Part shown: positions 1 to 10,145 of the stretch, piece by piece | Numbering within the stretch: position 1 is the first letter of the stretch | Layout of the letters: every line of letters starts with the position of its first letter | Notes under the pieces: generated by a model | Database searches by the model: none | Told to the model about the DNA's origin: nothing | What the model saw: only the letters and a program-made list of their open reading frames with translations | Program-made: the position numbers and the translations under genes | IMG/VR virus record: IMGVR_UViG_3300017909_002389 | Coordinates: 1,238-65,237 of that record | Length of the DNA stretch: 64,000 nt | Direction: 5' to 3' (one strand) | Source: a virus | Taxonomy: Duplodnaviria; Caudoviricetes

Positions 1-845
1 ATTGCTTCAGAAGCAACAGCTCCCATAACAAAAGAAACTGTAGGAACAATATCATCATTAATAGATTTAAAAGGATGATCAAAAAATCTTGAATTCTCAA
101 TGCTTGTACTTAAAAAAGGTTTTTGACCTATTACATTTCCCTGTTCGTCAAATTCTTTTCCATAATCATATCCTCCGTAAACTACTAAACGTTGATTTAT
201 ATATTCTTCATTTCTGTCAAAAAAATCATAAGCTTTATTATCATATAATTTTTGACGATCCCAGTTAAAAAAAGCAGAACCCATTGCATAAGCAGTACCT
301 AATATTCCTCCTCCTATTTTATTTAAAGTACTACCTAATAATTTACCTCCAGAAGTAGCTAATGATTCTAACCATCCTTGGTTTTCATCTAGAGAATCTA
401 CAAAGTTTTTTAAGTTTTTATGATATCCTGCTCTTCTAAAATTATCATAATCTATGATATCTTTATTAAAAGTTATTCCATAAACATTTGGATCAAGTTG
501 ATATAATTTTTTTCCATGCTGTCTAATATATTCAGCACGTTCATTAGCATCAGGAATAGCTATTGCTAGATCAATTGGAGTAAATAAATCTTTAGCAATA
601 GGATCAACTGTAAATTGAGTTCCTTTAATTACGTCACTAGTTACACCATTAATACCTGCATTTGCTAAATCAGAAATAAATCCTTGAGATTCTGTTTTAG
701 GTTCTATATAAGTATCAGAAGAAGCTATTTGATCTTTAGAAGATTCTAATATAGGATTAGTTCCTGGACCTCCATCTGGATTACTTGTGTCTATTCCTTT
801 TAAGCCTGCTAGCTTAAGTTCTTTTTCTGTAGATTCTTCCGCCAT
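1..845 (-). CDS. 5' part of a giant virion cargo protein (runs off the window; possibly virion RNA polymerase-associated)
   Basis: ATG at 845-843 (MAEESTEKELKLAG...) opens a frame I read without stops toward the left edge. Not in the ORF track. It follows the cargo genes, where crAss-like phages place giant virion proteins. Confidence 0.6.
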   Translation of the reverse strand, partial: MAEESTEKELKLAGLKGIDTSNPDGGPGTNPILESSKDQIASSDTYIEPKTESQGFISDLANAGINGVTSDVIKGTQFTVDPIAKDLFTPIDLAIAIPDANERAEYIRQHGKKLYQLDPNVYGITFNKDIIDYDNFRRAGYHKNLKNFVDSLDENQGWLESLATSGGKLLGSTLNKIGGGILGTAYAMGSAFFNWDRQKLYDNKAYDFFDRNEEYINQRLVVYGGYDYGKEFDEQGNVIGQKPFLSTSIENSRFFDHPFKSINDDIVPTVSFVMGAVASEA

Positions 846-849
846 TAAA

Positions 850-3800
850 TTACCTTATAATATTATTCATTATTTTAGGGTCAAAGTAAACTTCAGGACT
901 TAAATTTGCTAAAGCTATAGGAACTCTTTTTCCTCCTTCTGCACTATAAGCTAAATTTGCTCCAGCTCCTGTACCAAAAGTTAAATCTAATTTTGCTAAA
1001 GCAGTAGGAAGATTTACTTGATCGCTGATTACAAGTGCAGGTAAATCACTTTGTTTTACGATTTCACCACTTTCAGCATTCTTTAATACTTCTGTATATT
1101 GTACTAATATCTCTCCTTTTTCAGTTGTTTGATATCTAGCATTATATTCTCTAGTAACTACTCTGCCTTCACTATCTTGGAAAGGTTCGCTGACTACTCC
1201 ACCAGATGCACTACTTTGACCTATTTCAGAAACTATACCATTTAAAGCTCTATGCCTTAAAGTATTTGCAAATCTATTATAGCTACTAGATATTTTTGGA
1301 GAAGAATTCATATAAAAAGGAGCATAATTTGATCTTTGCTTTTCTATAAATTCTATTCTAGCATTTGGATCAGCTATAGTATTAGCGCTTTCTACATAAT
1401 CTACAAAATTTTCTGTAATTACATCTACAGGTTTTTGACTTAATCCTTCAGCACTTAAATATAAAACTTGAGGATTATTTAATGACATTTGCTTACGTTG
1501 TTTATCATTAAATTTTACTCTAACTCCACTAGCTTCTCCCTCTGCTTCGTAAGCTTCTAAACGTTTCTGAGTAGCTTCAGATAAAGGCTGTGTTCCGCTA
1601 AGAACGCTATTTTTCCAAGTAGCCATATCTTTATTTTGCTCGTTGTAAATATTTTTTCTATAAAAAGCAATAATTACTTGACCATGTTGATCTATTCCTG
1701 CAAACCTAGCATTTTCTAAATTATATGCATCTAAAGTATAAGAATGCTTAAGACCTGCTGGATCCAGTGCGATAGACTGTCTTGTAGTAGGGTCCCATAT
1801 TACTCTAGAGTTTTTAGAACCTCTTGAAGCCATACCGTCTTCTATTAAAGATTTAAATTGTCCACTAGAGAATGCGTCAGCACTTTCATCTATAATTACT
1901 TCAGGAACTTGATAGAATTGCTCAGTTCCTAAAGTTTTAGATTTTCTAAAATCTTTATAAATAGTATTTATTAATAATTCTCCTGGAGCAATAGCCGCAT
2001 CTCTTTTATCAAACTCTTGATCAAACTCTTGATATAATTTTTGATATTTTGACCTTCTATCACTTCTTTCCTTTTGTACTGTATCAGGAAGCTTTCTAAA
2101 TTCTTCACTCGAATCAGTATTGTTATAATATTCAAAATAATCTTCTATATATTGATATTGTTCATCAGTAAGATCATTTTCTGGGTCTCTTGTTCCAAAA
2201 AAGTCTTCAGAAGCATCTTGAAAAAGAGTCCATAGTTTCTTTTCTAAATCTTCTACTAATTGAGTTTTTGCTTTCTTTCTTTCACCTCTAAGTTTATTTA
2301 ATTCATTATCTAAAAATTGAGGACTGCTTACAGTATTACCATTAAAGTCTTCTTTTAAAGTTTCGATTTCTTTTAATATATCTTCATCACTTAATTCTAT
2401 ACCAAGTTCTGATGCAGCATCTTTTATTATTTGTAATACTTCTTCTTCTGGTTTATCATGTATATAGTTTGTTACTAAATAATCTAAGTCTTTTAAACCA
2501 CTTGTTTTAGCATAACGTGCTTGATATTTTTCTCTTTGCGCTTCTCGCTTTTTAGCTTGTAATTCTGCTTTTTCTGAATCAGATAAATCTTCACTAAGTA
2601 ATTCTGCTTGATAAGATTTTATTTCATCATCTAAAGTACTAATTCTTTGATCATACATTTTTTCATAACCTAAAGTAGTTTTAGATAATGCTTCATTTTC
2701 ACTTTCAAAATTTAAAATATTATCACTAGCTTCTCGACCACTTATTTCAGAAGTAAACTCTACTCCACCAACTGTTTTTCTTTGCGTGCCTTTATTCCAC
2801 AAAGGTCTTGAATCTACATTTTTTTGGAACATTTCGCCCATAGTACTAGCAGGTTGAATTTCTACTTTTTTATTAACTAATTCACCTTCATTATTTACTA
2901 TGCTCATTTCAAATTCTACACCTTCAAGCTGAGACATTTCTTCTGATAAGAAAGGACTTGTGCTTCCTTCAAAAGCAGTTTCTGACATAACATTAACAGG
3001 ATTTATCTGAGTGTTAATAGTTATCTCATTAGCTTTTTTAATCTTTTCATTTTTTGCAGGACTTCCTCCTGACATACTTAAAGAACCTTCTTTAATAAAG
3101 TCTACAACATCTGCACCTGCTAAAGCTACTTTATCAAAATATCCCATTTCTTGAGCAATATAAAGTCCTGCAGCTTTTTGTTCTATAGCATTAGGATCAT
3201 TGCTCTCTAAGAGAGAATAAATTTCTCCCATCTCTGTTTCAGTTTCTTCTATTATTTCGTTAGCTCTATCTTGTTCTTCTCTACTAAGTTTTGCAAATTC
3301 ATCTTCGTTTGCTATTATCTCAGAAACATCTTTATGAAGCTCTTGTAATTCAGGAAGACTTTTTGTAAGAATATTTTTAGAATATTGTAATGGATCTGAA
3401 TCTTCTAACAATCCTTGAAGAGCCGCTTTTTTAGTTTGATCATTTTCCTTAAAAAATGTCATCTTAGCTTCTTCTTGTTTCCAATCTTTATATCTATCTC
3501 CTGTAAGAATGAAATTCTTTATAGACCTTTGTACATCTCCTATTTTTCTATATTTAGTTAATTGCTGAGTTACTTCACCTGCACTAACATTTCCATTAGA
3601 ATTTAAAATAGCATTTACTTGTTGTTCAGGCTCCATAGCTGCTATTTTTAAAACTTTGTCTTCTAATTCTTTTTCTAAATTAAATCGTTTAGGACTAAAG
3701 TCTCCTGTATTATATGTACCTGTAGATTTATTATAATTAGTTCCTTTAAAATTATTTCTAACATAATAATCCCAAAGTTCAAAATCTTTTTCGGTCATAT

Positions 3801-4176
3801 TTTCTCCATCAACTCTATCTCTCATAAGTTTATAATTCTCTTTATAAGAATCATAATTACTTCGCATTCCTGATAATTCTTTATTACTAGTAAACCACTC
3901 ATTTAATTCTTGAAGTTGTCGAGTAGCTTGTTTATAATTTCCTGATCTAGATAAATTTTTAGAAAGTTCATCAGTTTTTGCATCTAAGTCTGCTAATAAC
4001 TTTTTAGCTCTTTCATCATCTTGACTCATACGAGAAAGAGCATATTTAGTTTTATCTATTTCTGACTTAGCTACATCAAACTTTTCTTGCATTTTAGATA
4101 AAGGCTCTGCAAAGCTTTCTAAACCTAGAGGTTTATATTCACTAGTATATGGAGTAGATATAGGAGTAAGAGGCAT
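850..4176 (-). CDS. virion cargo/ejection protein (1108 aa)
   Basis: Large, helical, charged ORF in the block downstream of the tail stabilization gene; no catalytic motif recognised. Confidence 0.55.
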   Translation of the reverse strand: MPLTPISTPYTSEYKPLGLESFAEPLSKMQEKFDVAKSEIDKTKYALSRMSQDDERAKKLLADLDAKTDELSKNLSRSGNYKQATRQLQELNEWFTSNKELSGMRSNYDSYKENYKLMRDRVDGENMTEKDFELWDYYVRNNFKGTNYNKSTGTYNTGDFSPKRFNLEKELEDKVLKIAAMEPEQQVNAILNSNGNVSAGEVTQQLTKYRKIGDVQRSIKNFILTGDRYKDWKQEEAKMTFFKENDQTKKAALQGLLEDSDPLQYSKNILTKSLPELQELHKDVSEIIANEDEFAKLSREEQDRANEIIEETETEMGEIYSLLESNDPNAIEQKAAGLYIAQEMGYFDKVALAGADVVDFIKEGSLSMSGGSPAKNEKIKKANEITINTQINPVNVMSETAFEGSTSPFLSEEMSQLEGVEFEMSIVNNEGELVNKKVEIQPASTMGEMFQKNVDSRPLWNKGTQRKTVGGVEFTSEISGREASDNILNFESENEALSKTTLGYEKMYDQRISTLDDEIKSYQAELLSEDLSDSEKAELQAKKREAQREKYQARYAKTSGLKDLDYLVTNYIHDKPEEEVLQIIKDAASELGIELSDEDILKEIETLKEDFNGNTVSSPQFLDNELNKLRGERKKAKTQLVEDLEKKLWTLFQDASEDFFGTRDPENDLTDEQYQYIEDYFEYYNNTDSSEEFRKLPDTVQKERSDRRSKYQKLYQEFDQEFDKRDAAIAPGELLINTIYKDFRKSKTLGTEQFYQVPEVIIDESADAFSSGQFKSLIEDGMASRGSKNSRVIWDPTTRQSIALDPAGLKHSYTLDAYNLENARFAGIDQHGQVIIAFYRKNIYNEQNKDMATWKNSVLSGTQPLSEATQKRLEAYEAEGEASGVRVKFNDKQRKQMSLNNPQVLYLSAEGLSQKPVDVITENFVDYVESANTIADPNARIEFIEKQRSNYAPFYMNSSPKISSSYNRFANTLRHRALNGIVSEIGQSSASGGVVSEPFQDSEGRVVTREYNARYQTTEKGEILVQYTEVLKNAESGEIVKQSDLPALVISDQVNLPTALAKLDLTFGTGAGANLAYSAEGGKRVPIALANLSPEVYFDPKIMNNIIR

Positions 4177-4179
4177 GTC

Positions 4180-7100
4180 TTATTGTTTTTTCTTTTTCTT
4201 TTTCTTTTCTTCTCTTCTATTTTTTAACAGTTCTCCAAGTTGCTCTACTAATGTTTGATATTCTACTTTACCAATATTCTCTGCTCCCATTGCAGCATAT
4301 TGTTGAGCAAGTTGATTAGCTTGATTAGTTGTAGCAATTTCTTGAAATTGTTTAGCAGCTTCTTGAAGAGATTTTCTTTTAGCTTCTTGGAAACCTAATT
4401 GAAGTTCTTTCTTAATTTTCTCTAATCTTTGGATTTGACTATTATTAAGTTTATCTGCTTCAAATTCTAGTTTAGCATTAATAGTATCTATCTGCTGAAT
4501 AGCTTGAGCTTCTAGTTGAGCTCCTCTTTGGCTAGCTTGTAAAAGATTACCAGGATTTCTAGAATACTTTTTTAAATCTCTCTTTAAACCTGCAGTAGAT
4601 CTTCTAATAGCATTAATAGATTCTGTGTAATCTAATTTAGGAGCTTCTACAGGTTTATATTCTGGTTCAAATTCTGAGCTATATTTATCAAATATTCCTG
4701 AATATAAATTCATCATAGGAGCGCTCATCTTAGCAAGAAATTGTCCAGGAGTTTCTTTAAAAGTATAATCTCTATTTATATCTTTTTGATTTACGTTTAC
4801 ATCTACTTCATTATCATCTTTTTTTGTATCATCTTTTTTTTCAGGTTCTGTAGTAACTTTAGGAGTATCTTGAAAAGTTATAGATTCATCGTTTAAAACA
4901 TTTTCTTCAGAAGGGCCTAGTCTTAATTCAGTATTTTTTGGTGGACTAGTCACTAATCCTGGAGGCATAATAGGTAAAGAAAAAGTTGTAGGAATATAAT
5001 TATTACTACTAGAAGCAACTGATTGTTGTATAGGTTGCTCAACTTCTTGTTCTTTATTTGCCAATTGATTCATATAAGAAATCATAGGAGAATCTTCTTC
5101 TTCTTTAGGATTTAAAACTTGGTTTGATATAGTTTCTATAGGATTAGTTATTATAGAAGGAATACTGCTAGTCTTTTTAAATCTACCTGCAAAAGCTTGT
5201 CTAGTAGCTTCTACACCTCCGTATTTATTAACCATTTCTGTATCAGCTAATAATTCTTCTAAAGAATTATAAGTAACATCTTGTTCAATAGTATTTCCAT
5301 CGGGAGTTGTGACAGATTTTTTTAAAGTAAGTCCTCCTCCATTAGTATATAATCTTCCTCCTAATGCATTACTAGAAGCATTAATTTTTCTTTCTTGTTT
5401 ACGCATTTCTTTTGTAGGTTCTTTACCAGACCCTATATTTGCTCTAATATTATCCCACAAACCTCTTTTACTATAAGAACCGTCAGCTCTTTTAAGCATT
5501 CCTCCTGCTCTCATAAAATATCCTCCTAATGGATCGTAATAAGGAGAATTAGGATCGTTAGTCATCATTTTTTCTCTAGCAATTCTTTTTCTTTCTTCTT
5601 CTGCTAATCTTTCTTCTTCTTTTTTAGCATCAAAATTTGATAATGTTTGTGTAGCAGTATTCATGCCTATTTGACCAAGTTGACTGCTTCCGACTTTTCC
5701 TGCAACTTCTCCTATTTTAGATCCAAATTGAGCAGCGTCTCCTGCAGATGAAGATGCGCCTGAAGTAGCACTAAGTACATCTGCTCCTTTAAAACCTATA
5801 CCTCCTAAATCACTAGCAGTTGAAGTAATATCTCCTGCAGTAGAAGTTACGTCTCCTGCAGTTGAAGCCGCAGTTCCCGCACCTTTAGCAGCACTTCCTG
5901 CCGCATTTCCTGTAACCATTCCTACAACTTGTCCGCCTACTTCAATTCCTTTTCCTATTTTACCTAGGTTTTCATTTCCTGTTTCTTCTCCAATAGCTCC
6001 AAGCATATCTCCTGTTCCTTTTGATCCTTGTTGTATTGCAGCACTTGTATTAGCTCCTCCACTAAGTACCGCTCCTCCAGCAGCACCTACAGCATTTGCT
6101 CCTCCTCTGATAGCATCCCCTACATTATCTTCTCCTTTCATTGGGCCTATTTCTTGTAAAGCATCGTATCCTCTATCAGTAAGCTCATCTGTTAAACCAA
6201 AAGTTAAAGTATCTAAAAGACCTTCACCTAATCCGTATAAACCTGATCCTATACCTGTAACTATTTCACCACCTGTTGCATAAGGTCTTCCATCCATACG
6301 ACCTCCGTAAGCATGCATCTTACCTCCACATCCGTAACATAATTTTCCTCCTGCTCTATTAGCTATAAGATTAGAATCATTTATACTATATTTATTAATT
6401 CTTGCTTGGTTTAATGCTTCAGCTCTTGCAACAGCATCTGGGTCACTTAAATCACCTGCTTTATAGAAAAATTCTGTAGGATTTCTTGACACTTTTCTAG
6501 CTAATTTATTTGTATTCATATATCCAGTGTCCATAGGGATTCCTACTTCTACTCCTTTAAATCTTGGATCACTAAATGGTTGAACATTTCCTTCAGTAAG
6601 ATATGTATATTTTAAATTTGTCCCTACAGGAGCATCCATAGCCAAATCTATTGCTTCTTCTTGTGCTTTCTTTGCTGCTTTTTCTTCTATACTTAATGTA
6701 GGTTTATATTCACCAGGAGAAATTTCTAATGCTACTTTTTGTAAATCAGTAAGACCATCATCTGGTTGTACTTTTCTACCAATTTTAATTTTACTAAATT
6801 CTGTTTCTTTTCCTGGACAAGGACTACATCCTGGAGTACCACATGGACAAGGATCTGTAAAAGTATTTGAATTAGCCATGTTCATTCCCATAAAACCTCC
6901 TGGTGCATATGAACGTTTCATATAACCTCCGCTACCATAATTTTCTACATAAGCATCTGCTTGTGCAGGTGACATATGAGATTTAACTCTAGCTTTTAAA
7001 ATTTCTTTAGGAAGTTTACCTCCACTACCGTACATAGTATTATATAAAGAACCTCCGCCTCCGTAATTTTTTACATATTCTTGTGCAGCTGCATCAGACA

Positions 7101-7818
7101 TGTGAGACTTTGCTCTAGATAATAATACTGATTTAGGCATCTTACCTCCGCTTCTCATCATACCTTCTTGTTGGCCCATCATTTCGTTTTGCATCATAGC
7201 CATTTCTTCAGGTGATGGTTTGCCTTGTTGAGCCATCATAGCTTCTTGGTCCATCATTGAAGCTTCTTGCATTTGTCCTCCCATTGCTGGGTCTTGCATC
7301 ATATTAGGATCTTGTGCTTGTCCCATCATAGCAGGAAGAACATTAGGATCTAACGCATCTATTTCTGCTAGTTTTTCTTGTATTTCTTTTTGCTTGAAAG
7401 CTTCTTGAGCTTCCATAAGATTCATTAAATCTGCATTGTTAGCAGCTTCTTCTATTTTATCTCCTTCTCTTCTAGAGTTTTTACGTCCAGCCATTTTAGA
7501 AGCATCTGCAAAAGTTTTACCTACCATCTTTGGACTAAGGTTAAAAGCTTTTGCTAATTCTTTATCTACTTTAAGGGTATCAGAAAAGATATAATTCTCA
7601 GCATTAAATTTAGTTTCTCCCTCCTCTACTAAATTCATTTGGCCTTCTGGATTCATACCTTGAGGAATTCCGCCTAAACCATTTTCTTCATGGCGGCCTC
7701 CTTCGTTAAATTCTGTTAACTGATTCATCATAGGACCTCCATTACTCATACGTTTACCGTATCTCATATTTACACTAGAGGGAAATGCAGAATATGAATT
7801 GGGAATTCTTTTTTTCAT
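4180..7818 (-). CDS. modular virion cargo/ejection protein (1212 aa) with GG motifs and a Gly/Ala-rich hydrophobic segment
   Basis: N-terminal GGRHEENGLGGIPQG...LVEEGE module, Met/Gln-rich tract, tandem 30-aa repeat, Gly-zipper-like region (GIGSGLYGLGEG...GAAGGAVLSGG). Confidence 0.6.
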   Translation of the reverse strand: MKKRIPNSYSAFPSSVNMRYGKRMSNGGPMMNQLTEFNEGGRHEENGLGGIPQGMNPEGQMNLVEEGETKFNAENYIFSDTLKVDKELAKAFNLSPKMVGKTFADASKMAGRKNSRREGDKIEEAANNADLMNLMEAQEAFKQKEIQEKLAEIDALDPNVLPAMMGQAQDPNMMQDPAMGGQMQEASMMDQEAMMAQQGKPSPEEMAMMQNEMMGQQEGMMRSGGKMPKSVLLSRAKSHMSDAAAQEYVKNYGGGGSLYNTMYGSGGKLPKEILKARVKSHMSPAQADAYVENYGSGGYMKRSYAPGGFMGMNMANSNTFTDPCPCGTPGCSPCPGKETEFSKIKIGRKVQPDDGLTDLQKVALEISPGEYKPTLSIEEKAAKKAQEEAIDLAMDAPVGTNLKYTYLTEGNVQPFSDPRFKGVEVGIPMDTGYMNTNKLARKVSRNPTEFFYKAGDLSDPDAVARAEALNQARINKYSINDSNLIANRAGGKLCYGCGGKMHAYGGRMDGRPYATGGEIVTGIGSGLYGLGEGLLDTLTFGLTDELTDRGYDALQEIGPMKGEDNVGDAIRGGANAVGAAGGAVLSGGANTSAAIQQGSKGTGDMLGAIGEETGNENLGKIGKGIEVGGQVVGMVTGNAAGSAAKGAGTAASTAGDVTSTAGDITSTASDLGGIGFKGADVLSATSGASSSAGDAAQFGSKIGEVAGKVGSSQLGQIGMNTATQTLSNFDAKKEEERLAEEERKRIAREKMMTNDPNSPYYDPLGGYFMRAGGMLKRADGSYSKRGLWDNIRANIGSGKEPTKEMRKQERKINASSNALGGRLYTNGGGLTLKKSVTTPDGNTIEQDVTYNSLEELLADTEMVNKYGGVEATRQAFAGRFKKTSSIPSIITNPIETISNQVLNPKEEEDSPMISYMNQLANKEQEVEQPIQQSVASSSNNYIPTTFSLPIMPPGLVTSPPKNTELRLGPSEENVLNDESITFQDTPKVTTEPEKKDDTKKDDNEVDVNVNQKDINRDYTFKETPGQFLAKMSAPMMNLYSGIFDKYSSEFEPEYKPVEAPKLDYTESINAIRRSTAGLKRDLKKYSRNPGNLLQASQRGAQLEAQAIQQIDTINAKLEFEADKLNNSQIQRLEKIKKELQLGFQEAKRKSLQEAAKQFQEIATTNQANQLAQQYAAMGAENIGKVEYQTLVEQLGELLKNRREEKKKKKKKQ

Positions 7819-7839
7819 GTTTATAAATTTTTTATAAAG

Positions 7840-10137
7840 TTAGTCATTTTTAGCCAAATTTCTTTTTGACCTAATATCATCTAATATCTTTTCGTAGACA
7901 CGAGTATCTCCTACATAATTAAATTGAGCAGTTCCTCTGTCAACAGGCTGATTGCTATCTAAATAGTAAGCATTTCTAAAAGGACCGAAAACAGGATTAT
8001 TAGTAATATTAAATTCTTTATTTAATAAATCTTCTTCTGCTACAGTTTGAGCATGATAGCTTCCTCCACCTTTTCCATATACAAAGTTATCACTGTAACC
8101 ACTACCGTGAGGTTTTTCATATCCATGAAGAACATGAACTTGTCCTGTTTCAACAGGACTTTGAGGAGGCAACATTTGGAAACCATAAAGCTGAGGATAC
8201 CAACTTGCAAAACTTTCATTACCTGAAATGGTAGGAATAGGATCTCCAGGACTAGTTGTTCCTTGTCCAGTTTTTCTAGTACCTATACTACTTTTTGGTT
8301 TATTAAGCCCAAAACCTTTACTACTATAATAAGGCATTGTTACGAGATTTTGAGACACTTCATTAGGATTATTAGGATTTGGAGCAAAACAAGCACTAGT
8401 TCCTGACATACATTGATATCCTCCTCCTAACCAATTTATATAACTTTGAGCAACTCCTTGTTGTCCTAATGACTCTAAATTTTCTGCTGATTTAGAAGCT
8501 CTTTCTCCTATTTGTTTCATAGCTCCAGAAGCTTGTTCTTTAGCTAATTCTAATTGCATTAAAGCTTTTTCTTCTCTAGCAGCTAATGCTTCGGGGCTTT
8601 GATCGTCTGCTTCGTATATATCTGAAATATGACTCATAGGATATCCTATAGCTGCTTCATCAGAAAAATCAAACTTTCTATCTGATACTTTGTACGTTCC
8701 TGTTTTAGGATCATAAACTTTTATATTTTCTGTTTCAGGATCTATGTTAAACATTACAGGATTCATGTAATCATTAAGTTTTGGAATAATAGGTTTTCCT
8801 TTATAACCAGGTTTATTAATTAACATATTTTCTTCACCTATAAGATCTTCTATATTTCCTGAATCCATAGGACCTCCTGGTTCATAGTATCGAGAATATA
8901 AACTACCTCCGCCACGATTCCATTTAGAAGCATTACGTGCAAAATTAGCCTGTCTTCTTGTACTAGGAGAATAAGTTCCTTCAGAAGCTCCTAATACTTT
9001 ATTAGCAAAAGCTTGTACTCCCATACCTGCTGCATTTGCTTTAGCTGTAAACTTTCCTTTATTTTCAGGTTTAATATTTATAGAACCTCCTGCTCTTTTT
9101 TCTGCTCCAAATAATTGTCCTTGTCCAAATAAAGGAGTTCTATTGCCAGTTACAATACTGGAATTTATAAAATTTTGTAGTTCTTGTTCTTTTTTCATTC
9201 TTGCTACATCTTGTTCTGCACGTTCTTTAGCAACATCATCAGAAAAAATTTGTGTTTGGGGTCCTGTAATATTTTCAATAACAGGGTTAAATTGATTTTC
9301 TGAAAGGTTTAAAGTATTTAAAGTTCGTTGATCTAAAGAAGGAAAAGATTGTTGTTGTCCAGCTTTTTCATATTCTTGAAAACTTTGTTCAGCAATTTCT
9401 TGAGCATTTTGTTGTTGTTCTTGTTGTGCTCTAAGCGTTGCTGCATTTGCAATTGCAGCTTCATTTTCAGCTTCATTTATTAATACTTGTGCTTGCTGAT
9501 TTTGAAGTTGAATATTTTGTTCTTGTTCATTAAGTTGTTGAGCATAATTTTCATTTTGTTCATAATCTGATTGTTCAGCATACCAATTAGCAATAGCGTC
9601 TTCATCTACACTAGCTCTTAATCTAGGTCTAATAGTAGACCTAATAAAAGAAGATAATTTTGAAACATAATTAGGATCTTCTGCATAACCTGCAGCTTTA
9701 ACTCTTGCAAAATGTTCGTCAGCATTACTAGCATTTAGTACTCCTGCTTTTTCATATCGAGGATTTACATCAGGTAAATAAAATTCTACTTGAGCTCTAA
9801 TACCTTCAATAGGTGTTTTATATACTCTATAATGATATGTTCCTCCTGTAAAAGGATCATTTTCTACAGTTTCTACTGGTCCTTTCCAAGCTTTACCTGC
9901 AGTTAATCCTCCAAAATTATTAATTCTATTTGTTAAACTAGAATTAGCCCAACCACTTTCAAGAATGATTTGAGAAGTAATAGCTTCTGCATTTAAATTT
10001 TGTCCTTCTTTTAATCTACCAGATTGTTTTAATCTAGCTATATGATTAACTACTTCATTATAAATTAAAGCTAATCTTTCATTTTTAGATAAAGAATTTA
10101 ATTTAGGAGGGTCAGTAAGATTAATATAATTTGCCAT
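7840..10137 (-). CDS. virion-associated peptidoglycan hydrolase: N-terminal GH73/FlgJ-like glucosaminidase plus C-terminal NlpC/P60-like domain
   Basis: SQIILESGW...NNFGGL...AAGYAEDPNYVSKL is the GH73 signature; C-terminal QCMSG...GQVHVL...YHAQTV gives a Cys/His pair. Confidence 0.75.
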   Translation of the reverse strand: MANYINLTDPPKLNSLSKNERLALIYNEVVNHIARLKQSGRLKEGQNLNAEAITSQIILESGWANSSLTNRINNFGGLTAGKAWKGPVETVENDPFTGGTYHYRVYKTPIEGIRAQVEFYLPDVNPRYEKAGVLNASNADEHFARVKAAGYAEDPNYVSKLSSFIRSTIRPRLRASVDEDAIANWYAEQSDYEQNENYAQQLNEQEQNIQLQNQQAQVLINEAENEAAIANAATLRAQQEQQQNAQEIAEQSFQEYEKAGQQQSFPSLDQRTLNTLNLSENQFNPVIENITGPQTQIFSDDVAKERAEQDVARMKKEQELQNFINSSIVTGNRTPLFGQGQLFGAEKRAGGSINIKPENKGKFTAKANAAGMGVQAFANKVLGASEGTYSPSTRRQANFARNASKWNRGGGSLYSRYYEPGGPMDSGNIEDLIGEENMLINKPGYKGKPIIPKLNDYMNPVMFNIDPETENIKVYDPKTGTYKVSDRKFDFSDEAAIGYPMSHISDIYEADDQSPEALAAREEKALMQLELAKEQASGAMKQIGERASKSAENLESLGQQGVAQSYINWLGGGYQCMSGTSACFAPNPNNPNEVSQNLVTMPYYSSKGFGLNKPKSSIGTRKTGQGTTSPGDPIPTISGNESFASWYPQLYGFQMLPPQSPVETGQVHVLHGYEKPHGSGYSDNFVYGKGGGSYHAQTVAEEDLLNKEFNITNNPVFGPFRNAYYLDSNQPVDRGTAQFNYVGDTRVYEKILDDIRSKRNLAKND

Positions 10138-10145
10138 AGTATTTT

